DNA from: a virus
Lineage: Duplodnaviria > Caudoviricetes
DNA: 29,132 nt
Reading direction: 5' to 3' (one strand)
IMG/VR virus record: IMGVR_UViG_3300012352_000416
Location: 1-29,132 of that record
The translations under genes and the position numbers were made by a program. A model generated the notes under the pieces. It made no database searches, was not told where the DNA came from, and saw only the letters and a list, made by a program, of their open reading frames with translations. Of this stretch, positions 14,750-23,070 are shown piece after piece (the stretch's first letter is position 1; each line of letters begins with the position of its first letter).

Positions 14750-14821
14750 TTTGCTACCTCCTTTTTATTCTTTTCGTTGTTACAGCACTAAGTTTCTAGT
14801 ACCTTGGCGACAATATTTTTA

Positions 14822-14899
14822 TTAGTGCGATAGCAATAAAATTGTCTGTCGTTGAGAGTTAGTCACGATTTCAACATTGTTGTCACTTTGTTTAGTCAT
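14822..14899 (-). CDS. Candidate leader peptide upstream of NlpC/P60 (25 aa, MTKQSDNNVEIVTNSQRQTILLLSH)
   Basis: Translated by hand; perfect TAAGGAGG SD; TGGTATAAT promoter at 14947-14955. Confidence 0.5.
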   Translation of the reverse strand: MTKQSDNNVEIVTNSQRQTILLLSH

Positions 14900-14998
14900 T
14901 TGTCCTCCTTAGAACAAAAACTTCCTTTTACAGAAGTCAGACATCAATTATACCACTTTTTAGTCATTTTCAAGAAACAGTCTGATATAATTTAATAT

Positions 14999-15511
14999 AT
15001 GGCCACAGGTAGATCCAACATATACGAAATTCCGTTCCCACAGTCTGGGGACGCTGTAAACGTCCATGGAGACATTAAGAGCCTTGCAGAAAGACTAGAC
15101 CTAGTTCTACCACAAGCATCATACGTAGATATTCCAGCAAAAAATACATCTGGCTCAACGATACCTGCAGGGTCTGCGGTTTATGTAACTGGCCACGACG
15201 GAACAAATGTTACTGTATCCGCAGCAACTGGAAGTACCACTACCCCAACTTTGGGACTGATTAGAGCATCAACAACAAACAATTCTGTTGGTGTAGTAGT
15301 TGTTGCAGGAGTTATTACAGGAATAAACACCTCTTCTTTTTCAGCTGGAGATACTTTGTTTATTGGTGAATCTGGTGGCCTAACAAAAACATCTACATCA
15401 GCTACTGGTGTTGCAGTGGCCACTGTAATTTATTCAGCAGTGAGCGGAACAATTATGGTTGGTACAAGAGGCGACGGAACCTGGGGAGCACTAAAAGCTG
15501 GCATAGCTTAA
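14999..15511 (+). CDS. Virion structural protein, cement/decoration-like C-terminal domain (170 aa)
   Basis: N-terminal Y.IP.P...D..NV..D...LA..LD motif; N.SG.TI..G..VY..G and F..GD.L repeats; leaderless. Confidence 0.65.
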   Translation: MATGRSNIYEIPFPQSGDAVNVHGDIKSLAERLDLVLPQASYVDIPAKNTSGSTIPAGSAVYVTGHDGTNVTVSAATGSTTTPTLGLIRASTTNNSVGVVVVAGVITGINTSSFSAGDTLFIGESGGLTKTSTSATGVAVATVIYSAVSGTIMVGTRGDGTWGALKAGIA

Positions 15512-15529
15512 TGGTGGTATAATAATAAA

Positions 15530-15922
15530 ATGGCAAGAGGAAATAATTATTCAGTTGGAAATATTCCACCACAGGTCGCTTGGACAGTCGTGCGTGGAGA
15601 CACTGCTGCGTTTAGAATCTATCTTACAGACGACACCAAGACAGCCCTAACCATGGCAGACTGGGATATCTCAATGAAGATAAAGCGTCCAAATCTAGCA
15701 AAAAATCTTGGCATTATTACCGATGATGCAACCCTAGTTCTAACCCTAACACCAGCCCCAGACGCAGATGATCTAGCTGGAGAGTTTACAGTATCACTAA
15801 CTGCAGAAGAGTCGGAGTCTCTAGAGACTGGAGATATCTTCGACATTCAGGTTTCTCAGGTTGGAACTGTTTGGACTGTAGCCCAGGGTAAAATGATTAT
15901 CCTGGAAGACGTAACAGACTAA
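15530..15922 (+). CDS. BppU-N-like virion adaptor protein, paralogue 3
   Basis: WTVVRGDT...FDIQV...VWTV..G...LEDVT; clear paralogue of 8480..8869. Confidence 0.7.
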   Translation: MARGNNYSVGNIPPQVAWTVVRGDTAAFRIYLTDDTKTALTMADWDISMKIKRPNLAKNLGIITDDATLVLTLTPAPDADDLAGEFTVSLTAEESESLETGDIFDIQVSQVGTVWTVAQGKMIILEDVTD

Positions 15923-16146
15923 TGTCCAAGTCTATTATTATAGATAAAACAAAACGTACTGTTAGGTACATCAAAAACTCAAACTTCTTTACTTCTAAAA
16001 TATCCTACAGGCCTGGCACTGTAAAAATAAACCAGACACTACCATTCAGAATCAAGTTTACAAATATTGGAATATCTGGATATGGTCAGGGCGGTGCAGC
16101 TCCAATTGGCATTGCCATCATTGGCGTCAGCAACTATGTAATGTAA
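15922..16146 (+). CDS. Small basic virion-associated protein (74 aa)
   Basis: TAATG-coupled; C-terminal APIGIAIIG motif. Confidence 0.7.
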   Translation: MSKSIIIDKTKRTVRYIKNSNFFTSKISYRPGTVKINQTLPFRIKFTNIGISGYGQGGAAPIGIAIIGVSNYVM

Positions 16147-16180
16147 TCTTGGTATTCATAAATGGCATTATAATTGAGGT

Positions 16181-16627
16181 ATGTCTAGAACAACCCTCCC
16201 CTATGTAAAGACCAGGTTTCAAACTGGCGATCGTCCTGAAGAACAGGATTATGTAGATCTAATTGATACTACATCTGCTCAGTCAACAGACTTGGGTACC
16301 TTCGGAAATAATGAAAACACTATTTCTGGCATCGAAAACGCAACAGTTATTGACTCATTTGACGGTACTGTTTGGCGTATGGTGAAGTATCTTGTATCAA
16401 TTGCAAAAACTTCATCTGGTGGAAATAAGTTCTACGCAACCGAACTCACCATACTTGTAGATGGAACTGACGTGTCAGTTTCTGAGTATGGAACAATAGA
16501 CAATGATGGGAATATTGGCACCATAGGAGTCTCAAGATCAGGGAACACAGTTGCTTTAACTGTTACCCCAGATCCAGCTATAAAGCCAGTTACCGTACGT
16601 TTTGCACGTATGGGACTTAAGGCTTAA
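16181..16627 (+). CDS. Virion fibre connector protein (148 aa)
   Basis: N-terminal K..F.TGD.P...D..DLID motif; C-terminal domain DSF......VKY.V...TE....DG......EYG.I. Confidence 0.7.
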   Translation: MSRTTLPYVKTRFQTGDRPEEQDYVDLIDTTSAQSTDLGTFGNNENTISGIENATVIDSFDGTVWRMVKYLVSIAKTSSGGNKFYATELTILVDGTDVSVSEYGTIDNDGNIGTIGVSRSGNTVALTVTPDPAIKPVTVRFARMGLKA

Positions 16628-16648
16628 TTAACCCTATAGGAGATAAAC

Positions 16649-18850
16649 ATGGCAACAGTAAACAAAGACTTTAAGATCAAAAGTGGTCTTATTGTAGAAG
16701 GTACCACAGGTACCATTAACGGTGAGAACATTCTTACCGAAAACGCAAGCGACCAGTACATCATTGATTTGATTGGTGGAGAAACTCTAGTTACCTCAGT
16801 TGATTCAGATCAGCTTCAGGTAGTTAACGGAGAGCTATCTGTTAAGGATAACGTATTTGACGTAGATGGTGCCGCAGCTGCAGCAGAGACAAATGCAAAC
16901 TCATACACTGATACAGCATTAGAAGATTACACACCAACGGCATCACTTGACACAACAGTTGCTGGATATGGCTATGCCAAGACAGCAGACCTTCCAACAA
17001 TGTACTCAGATGCAGATGCAGTAGATGCAGTTTCTGCAGCACTTGGCGACGGTATTGAATATGTGGATGGATCTTTTGATGTACAGTTTAGTTCAGGTAT
17101 TACAATTGGTGGCGGTACAGGAAACGAACTTGTTATTGATCGTTCTGAAGTAGACAGTTGGTACGATGCAGCAGGTGCAGCAGCAGATGTGGCAACAGAT
17201 CTTTCAACACACGAACAGGCAACAACTGGTATTCACGGTGTAACTGGAAATGTTGTTGGCACATCAGATTCACAGACACTTTCAAATAAGTCAATTGATG
17301 GAGAACTTTCTTTTGGTGAAAATGGCTCTTCTGTTGAAGATTCTGCAGGTAGCCTAACAGTATATGCAGGAGACCACCTTTACCTAACTTCAAATGGCGG
17401 AGACATCGTTCTTAACGCAGATGGAACAGTATACATTGGCTCATCTTCAGCAGGTAACGAAGCAGCAACTCACTCATATGTAGATAATGCAGTTGCTGGT
17501 CTTGCTTGGAAGCAGGCAGTAAATCTTCTTTCAACAACACACGTTGATATTTCTGGAGACCTTGTTGGAACATCTATCGACTCACATGCAGATTTTACAA
17601 CTGCAAATAATGGATACCGAATTCTTCTTACAGGACAAAACACAGCATCTCAAAATGGTATCTACGAGCTTCTTGCAGATGGATCGGTACTTAATGCTTC
17701 ACGTCCAGCAGACGCAAATACATATGACGAGCTAGTCGGAGCAGCAGTATTCGTAATGGAGGGTACTACATATGGTGCATCTTCATGGGTACAGTCAAAT
17801 CACTACCTGACAGACTTTACAGGACAGACCTGGACACAGTTCTCAGGAAATGGCTCTGTAACAGCTGGAAATGGTATCGTAGTAGATGGACTAGAAGTTT
17901 CTATCGATACAGATGTGGTTGCTACTCAGACTGACCTTTCAACAGGTCTTGGTGGTAAGCAAGATACCCTAACTGCAGGCAACGGAATTGATATTACTGG
18001 AGATACAATCTCAGTAGCATTCGATGCTGGTAATGGTCTTGCAATCAACGGTACCAACCTAACAGTTGATACTAACGTTATTGCTACAAAGACTTATGCA
18101 GAAGGCGTTGCAGACACTGCTGAAGGAAATGCAAATGATTACACAGATACAGCACTGCAGTCATACACAACAACTGCAAGCCTAGAGACAACAATTGATG
18201 GATACGGATTTGCTTACACAAGCGAGCTACCTACCTCAACTGATGATCTGACAGAAGGCACTGCACAGTACTTTACAGATTCACGTGCAAAGGCTTCAGC
18301 AGCCTCACTTCTAACTGGTGCAAGCCTTACCAACATCACCATCACTGGTGACGAGAATGGCCTAACCATTACCGCTGAAAATGGCGTAGCTGATTCAACT
18401 ACCGACGATCTAGCCGAAGGTGAAGATAACCTTTACTTCACAAACACTCGTGTAATTGATGCAATAGACAATGCAGACATCACACCAAATACAGTACAGA
18501 TCGACACATTCCGTAAGGAAGAGGCAACTCAGACTTACTTCTCATCAGCATCTACTGCAACCGTACACTCATTCGGATACCCATTCGGATCAGTTAAGTA
18601 TATTGTTCGTGTTGTTGGTAACGTTTCAGGAACTACGCACTCACAGGTTACTGAAATCCTAGCAACTGTTGATGGAAACAATAACGTAGCTGTAACAGAG
18701 TTTGGTTCAATCCACACTACTGAGCCAGCACTTGCATCATTTACTGTTGATTACGACGGTGGAACTTCTCAGTTCCGTCTACGTGCAACAACCGTAAATG
18801 CTGGTAGCGAAGTTATTGTTGCAGCAACACTGCTTTCATGGAATGACTAA
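16649..18850 (+). CDS. Long acidic tail fibre/appendage protein (733 aa)
   Basis: AG.GI...G..IS repeats, STDDL.EG....YFT repeats, RILLTGQ....QNGIY motif; C-terminal domain like 16181..16627. Confidence 0.8.
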   Translation: MATVNKDFKIKSGLIVEGTTGTINGENILTENASDQYIIDLIGGETLVTSVDSDQLQVVNGELSVKDNVFDVDGAAAAAETNANSYTDTALEDYTPTASLDTTVAGYGYAKTADLPTMYSDADAVDAVSAALGDGIEYVDGSFDVQFSSGITIGGGTGNELVIDRSEVDSWYDAAGAAADVATDLSTHEQATTGIHGVTGNVVGTSDSQTLSNKSIDGELSFGENGSSVEDSAGSLTVYAGDHLYLTSNGGDIVLNADGTVYIGSSSAGNEAATHSYVDNAVAGLAWKQAVNLLSTTHVDISGDLVGTSIDSHADFTTANNGYRILLTGQNTASQNGIYELLADGSVLNASRPADANTYDELVGAAVFVMEGTTYGASSWVQSNHYLTDFTGQTWTQFSGNGSVTAGNGIVVDGLEVSIDTDVVATQTDLSTGLGGKQDTLTAGNGIDITGDTISVAFDAGNGLAINGTNLTVDTNVIATKTYAEGVADTAEGNANDYTDTALQSYTTTASLETTIDGYGFAYTSELPTSTDDLTEGTAQYFTDSRAKASAASLLTGASLTNITITGDENGLTITAENGVADSTTDDLAEGEDNLYFTNTRVIDAIDNADITPNTVQIDTFRKEEATQTYFSSASTATVHSFGYPFGSVKYIVRVVGNVSGTTHSQVTEILATVDGNNNVAVTEFGSIHTTEPALASFTVDYDGGTSQFRLRATTVNAGSEVIVAATLLSWND

Positions 18851-18865
18851 TTAGCTAAAAGGTTT

Positions 18866-18889
18866 CGGGGGGTTCCTTAAAAACCCCCC
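18866..18889. terminator. GC-rich stem-loop between fibre genes
   Basis: GGGGGGTT-CCTTAAA-AACCCCCC; no immediate U tract. Confidence 0.5.
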
Positions 18890-18917
18890 ACTCACAAGTT
18901 TTAATTAGGAGAAACAT

Positions 18918-19379
18918 ATGGCTACAGTAGAAAAAGACTTCAAAGTCAAAAACGGACTGATTGTTACATCAGGTGGTGAATTCGGTGGCACCGTAGTTAT
19001 CGCTACCCCAACTGAAGACAACCATGCTGCAACAAAAGCCTATGTCGATGGTCTAACTGGAAACCCACTGGTTGCCGTAGAGGAATCAGCCCCAGAAGAT
19101 CCAGCTACTGGTCAGATGTATGTTGACTCAGAAACTGGAAGACTGGTTATTTTTAACGGAACTTCTTGGATTACCTTTGCAACACTTACAGATGCAGAGA
19201 CTATTCCAGAACACATCCACGATACTTCAATTGGAGGGTCTGGCCTAATCGTCAGCACCTTCGTGGATGGTGGATTTTACAATTCTCCAGCAGGCAGCCC
19301 ACTGGATGCTGGATTCTACAATGAAACTAACTGGGACAATGTTCTCGATGGTGGACTTGCAGTAGACAACTTTAATTAA
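18918..19379 (+). CDS. Fibre connector protein (153 aa)
   Basis: N-terminus MATVEKDFKVKNGL matches the 733-aa protein; HAATKAYVD; C-terminal DGG repeats. Confidence 0.75.
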   Translation: MATVEKDFKVKNGLIVTSGGEFGGTVVIATPTEDNHAATKAYVDGLTGNPLVAVEESAPEDPATGQMYVDSETGRLVIFNGTSWITFATLTDAETIPEHIHDTSIGGSGLIVSTFVDGGFYNSPAGSPLDAGFYNETNWDNVLDGGLAVDNFN

Positions 19380-19453
19380 ATATTCATATAAATGAATGTT
19401 ATAATTATAAATAGATACCCAAGGGTCAACCCCGATATTAGGAGACAATTACT

Positions 19454-20914
19454 ATGGCAACAAGAATGCAGCAACGCAGAGGAACTGCGGCTCAATGGAC
19501 TTCAGCAGATCCAATCCTGGCAGCAGGAGAGATCGGATTCGAGTCAGACACAGGCTTCTTCAAGATGGGTGATGGAACTAACCACTGGTCAGACCTATCG
19601 TACTTCAAGGACCTAGGAGACCTAGCTGGATCATTCGACGACTATATTCCTCTAACTCAGCGTGGTGCCGCCAATGGAGTTGCCACACTAGACGGAGACT
19701 CTCAAATTCCTATTACTCAGCTAGCAAACATCATCATGAATGCTCCAGAGGCTTTGGATACCATAAATGAGCTAGCAAACGCAGTTGACGGAGTCGATGG
19801 CCTAGTTCAAAACAAGATAGACGATGCCCTAGTAGTAGCCGTTGACGATGCTCTTGGAAACCTAGTATCCGCAGGCACAGGGCTTACAAAGTCATTCGAC
19901 TCAGAAACAAGAATCCTGACAATCTCTGCTGACTCAACACTAGCAACAGACACAGAGCTTTCAACTGCAGTATCTAATCACAACTCAGCCACCACAAATG
20001 TTCACGGTATCTCAGATACTTCAGCTATAGCAACTAAGGCTGGGGTAGAGACTCTAACTAACAAGACTATTTCTGCAGCAGATAACACTGTAACAATTAA
20101 TCTAGCAGACGTTATCGATGTAACTGCATCAGCATCAGAAGTAAACATCCTTGACGGTGCAACACTTTCTGTTACAGAGCTAAACTATGTTGACGGAGTA
20201 ACATCAAACATTCAGACTCAGCTAGATGCTAAGGCACCACTAGCAGGCCCTACCTTTACTGGAACTCTAGCAGCAGCAGACATTAGCATTACTGGAAACC
20301 TAACAGTAGGTGGAACAACCACTACAGTTAATGCAACAGACCTAGTTGTAACAGACCCACTGATCTATATCGGTGAAGGAAACGATGCAAACGTTGTAGA
20401 CCTTGGAGTAGTTGCTTCATTTGACAATGGTTCATACCAGCATGCAGGTATCGTTCGTGACGCTACCGATGGTGTTTGGAAGCTATTCTCAAGCGTTGAG
20501 GATGAGCCAACAACCACAATTAACTTCTCACAGGCAGTTTACGATACCCTAAAGGTTGGCGGAATTGAATACCCAGACGGTACTCAGGTTAAGCAGGGTG
20601 TCCCATCACTTACAGCAATTAACCAGCAAGCAGGAGCTTATACAACAGTCCTAGAAGACCGTGACAAGCTCGTAGAGGTCTCTTCGGCATCGGGGGTAAC
20701 CGTTACCATCCCTACAAATGCAGCTGTTTCATACCCAGTAGGAACATCTATTGACATCCTACAGACAGGCTCTGGTCAGGTTACTATTGCAGGTGCAGGT
20801 GGAGTTACAGTTAATGCTACTCCAGGTCTAAAGCTACGCACCCAGTGGTCATCTGCTACACTATTCAAGAGAGCTGAAAACACATGGGTTGTTTTCGGAG
20901 ATCTATCAGCTTAA
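19454..20914 (+). CDS. Tail fibre with major-tropism-determinant-like N-terminal domain (486 aa)
   Basis: RRGTAAQW...DPILA.GEIG.E.DTG.FK.GDG...W..L.Y; GVA.LD; AP.ALDT..ELA; ELNYVDGVTS.IQTQL; C-terminal W...GDLSA. Confidence 0.85.
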   Translation: MATRMQQRRGTAAQWTSADPILAAGEIGFESDTGFFKMGDGTNHWSDLSYFKDLGDLAGSFDDYIPLTQRGAANGVATLDGDSQIPITQLANIIMNAPEALDTINELANAVDGVDGLVQNKIDDALVVAVDDALGNLVSAGTGLTKSFDSETRILTISADSTLATDTELSTAVSNHNSATTNVHGISDTSAIATKAGVETLTNKTISAADNTVTINLADVIDVTASASEVNILDGATLSVTELNYVDGVTSNIQTQLDAKAPLAGPTFTGTLAAADISITGNLTVGGTTTTVNATDLVVTDPLIYIGEGNDANVVDLGVVASFDNGSYQHAGIVRDATDGVWKLFSSVEDEPTTTINFSQAVYDTLKVGGIEYPDGTQVKQGVPSLTAINQQAGAYTTVLEDRDKLVEVSSASGVTVTIPTNAAVSYPVGTSIDILQTGSGQVTIAGAGGVTVNATPGLKLRTQWSSATLFKRAENTWVVFGDLSA

Positions 20915-20935
20915 TCCTAGAAGGGGAAAAATTAA

Positions 20936-21637
20936 ATGGCAGCAAATAAAAGAGTTGGAAAGAAATCTCTTGCACAAAATGACTATCTGGCACCAGCATC
21001 TCCACTAATTGGCACAGCTACCGATGTTGGAACCTCAAGGGCTTTTAATAATGGAGCAGCAACAGTTACATTTACCCACCAGGGTCCAAATGCAGCTACT
21101 TCTTACACTGTAACATCTTCTCCTGGAGGATATACAGCATCTGGAGCATCTTCACCACTTACTGTTACTGGTTTGCAGTCTGCAACTAACTATACATTCA
21201 CAGTTACTGCTACAAATACATATGGGACTTCTGCTGCGTCTTCTGCAACATCTGCTATTACTGCAACAACAGTTCCAGCAGCTCCAACGTCAGTAACTGC
21301 TTCATCACCTGGTGGGGCTAACTACGACACTGTCTCTTGGACTGCTCCTGCAAATGGTGGCAAGGCAATTACAAACTACTACGTAACCTCATCCGATGGA
21401 AAGACTGCAAATACTGCATCAACAAGCGTTAACGTTACTCAGGAGCAGGGGACTGCCCAAACATACACAGTGTATGCTGATAACTCTAATGGAAGATCTG
21501 CAGCTTCTGCTCCGTCTAATAGCGTTACAACCTTCTCGTTTGTTCCTTTTAGCGTTTTTAGCTTCTTCGGAGTATTTAGCTTTGGACCATTTGGAGTATT
21601 TAGCTTTGGTCCATTCGGAGTGTTCGGTTTTAGATAG
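20936..21637 (+). CDS. Two fibronectin type III domains with Phe-rich repeat tail (233 aa)
   Basis: VTGL.....YTFTV.A.N.YG and VSW.AP..GG..IT.Y.V FN3 motifs; ends with four F[GS]VF[GS]F units and R. Confidence 0.85.
   Translation: MAANKRVGKKSLAQNDYLAPASPLIGTATDVGTSRAFNNGAATVTFTHQGPNAATSYTVTSSPGGYTASGASSPLTVTGLQSATNYTFTVTATNTYGTSAASSATSAITATTVPAAPTSVTASSPGGANYDTVSWTAPANGGKAITNYYVTSSDGKTANTASTSVNVTQEQGTAQTYTVYADNSNGRSAASAPSNSVTTFSFVPFSVFSFFGVFSFGPFGVFSFGPFGVFGFR
21569..21616 (+). repeat. 24-nt tandem repeat (2 copies) encoding GVFSFGPF
   Basis: GGAGTATTTAGCTTTGGACCATTT / GGAGTATTTAGCTTTGGTCCATTC. Confidence 0.9.
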
Positions 21638-21678
21638 CCAGTATCCGTTTTAGTGTATAATAATTCTTATACACTAGA

Positions 21679-22353
21679 ATGGAGTACAGCCGCATGTATA
21701 AAGACCAGACACCTCTTAGAAGCATAAGCAAAACCACAAAAGAGCACAAGTTCTTTGAGAGATTTCTCAATAATGATCTAGAAGTCCTAGCCTCAGAGCT
21801 CCAGGACAGATATAGCCTCATCGAGGGTTCTAAAATTCCTGGGGTGACTCCAGTAACTCCATTCGAACTATGGAAAGACTCAAACAGCGTTTCTACAATG
21901 AAGTGGAGACAGTATAATGTCTTCCAGTTCCATATTGACGGCATATATGAACTATATAAGTCGGTTGCGGATATGATCAGAGAAGCCTGCGAGTACTACG
22001 AGATAGACTTTGACGAACAAAAATTTATGATTCAGGGATGGTTTAATATTAACCACTCTGGAAACGGAAAACTAAACTGGCACGAACACGGAGGCCCAGG
22101 TGCACCAGACTTTCATGGATACTATTCGGTCGCCGCAGAACCATCCTCAACACACTACATAGTCTTTGACAACGAAGTAGAAAACATTAACAAGAATAAC
22201 CGTGCAATCATCTCGGAAATGGGTCACCCTCACGCTATGGGTGATTGGGACTGGGATGGCCCAAGAATTACGGTTGCCTACGACGTGACCCCTCTTGCTA
22301 CCTTGCAAAAGGCTGGCCACTCAGCAGAGCAGCACTGGATTCCTCTTAGATAA
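21679..22353 (+). CDS. Putative 2OG-Fe(II) oxygenase, HxH type (224 aa)
   Basis: W.NIN......WHEH.......GYY...H.........RITVAYD fits the double-stranded beta-helix metal motif. Confidence 0.7.
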   Translation: MEYSRMYKDQTPLRSISKTTKEHKFFERFLNNDLEVLASELQDRYSLIEGSKIPGVTPVTPFELWKDSNSVSTMKWRQYNVFQFHIDGIYELYKSVADMIREACEYYEIDFDEQKFMIQGWFNINHSGNGKLNWHEHGGPGAPDFHGYYSVAAEPSSTHYIVFDNEVENINKNNRAIISEMGHPHAMGDWDWDGPRITVAYDVTPLATLQKAGHSAEQHWIPLR

Positions 22354-22354
22354 T

Positions 22355-22522
22355 ATGTCTAACATAGGACAATGGCTAGTCGCAAAGAAATGTATTTTTC
22401 TAGGGCATTCGGTAGAGTACGGGTCTAAGTGTCCAGTTACTGGCATAGTAAAAGTTACCTGTCTAAAGTGTGGGGCATCGAATGTTCCAGTACACGAAGA
22501 CAGTTCCAGTAGATTTAATTAA
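22355..22522 (+). CDS. Small Cys/His zinc-binding protein, DUF1660-like (55 aa)
   Basis: C.FLGH.......C.........CLKCG; start moved to ATG 22355. Confidence 0.65.
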   Translation: MSNIGQWLVAKKCIFLGHSVEYGSKCPVTGIVKVTCLKCGASNVPVHEDSSSRFN

Positions 22523-22533
22523 ATAGGAGTATT

Positions 22534-23055
22534 ATGAAAAACCTAATTATGCATCAGAAAGCATTTATGCCAAGAGCAGATGCAGACCTAATATCTGCCT
22601 ATGCATCTAGGCACGACGATCTCTTCAATCACTTTGGCAACAACGAAAAAGAGTTTACAGTACATACCCACGAGGAGATAGCCCTGAGAGACCAAGAGGT
22701 TTTGGATCTAATAAACTATCACGCAAGAAGAGTATATGATTTTGTTTGTCAAAGCTATCCAGGGCCATTCCTAGACTTTGATGAGTCAAAGACCCACATA
22801 GCCAGGTTTGAAGAGGGTCGGGGAATGCACAAGCACTTCGATGTAACTAAGCCAAAAGACATAGCCACACTAATATACTTAAACGATACGTATACTGGTG
22901 GAGAAGTCTTTTTCCCAGATCATGATATTTCTATTAAGCCTGAGCCAGGAGACCTTGTCTGCTTTCCAGACACACCAGACTTTGTTCATGGTGTCAATCC
23001 GATTACATCTGGAATTAGATACACAACGCCTCGCTGGTTTACCAGTATAGTGTGA
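22534..23055 (+). CDS. Prolyl-4-hydroxylase-like 2OG-Fe(II) oxygenase (173 aa)
   Basis: HFD...LIYLND.Y.GGE..F...P.PG....FP....HGV..ITSG.RY (HxD...H...R). Confidence 0.92.
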   Translation: MKNLIMHQKAFMPRADADLISAYASRHDDLFNHFGNNEKEFTVHTHEEIALRDQEVLDLINYHARRVYDFVCQSYPGPFLDFDESKTHIARFEEGRGMHKHFDVTKPKDIATLIYLNDTYTGGEVFFPDHDISIKPEPGDLVCFPDTPDFVHGVNPITSGIRYTTPRWFTSIV

Positions 23056-23070
23056 TAAAATAGACTTACA

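Noticed and set aside
14750-14955. c-di-AMP (ydaO) riboswitch upstream of NlpC/P60
   Set aside because: Expected conserved segments (GAAUC, GGGG.ACC, CCCGAACCCG.CAGCUAAC) were not found
13575-21634. Diversity-generating retroelement (Mtd-N domain plus two similar 3' ends)
   Set aside because: No reverse transcriptase in the window; differences between the tails are synonymous and not adenine-specific; both copies are coding
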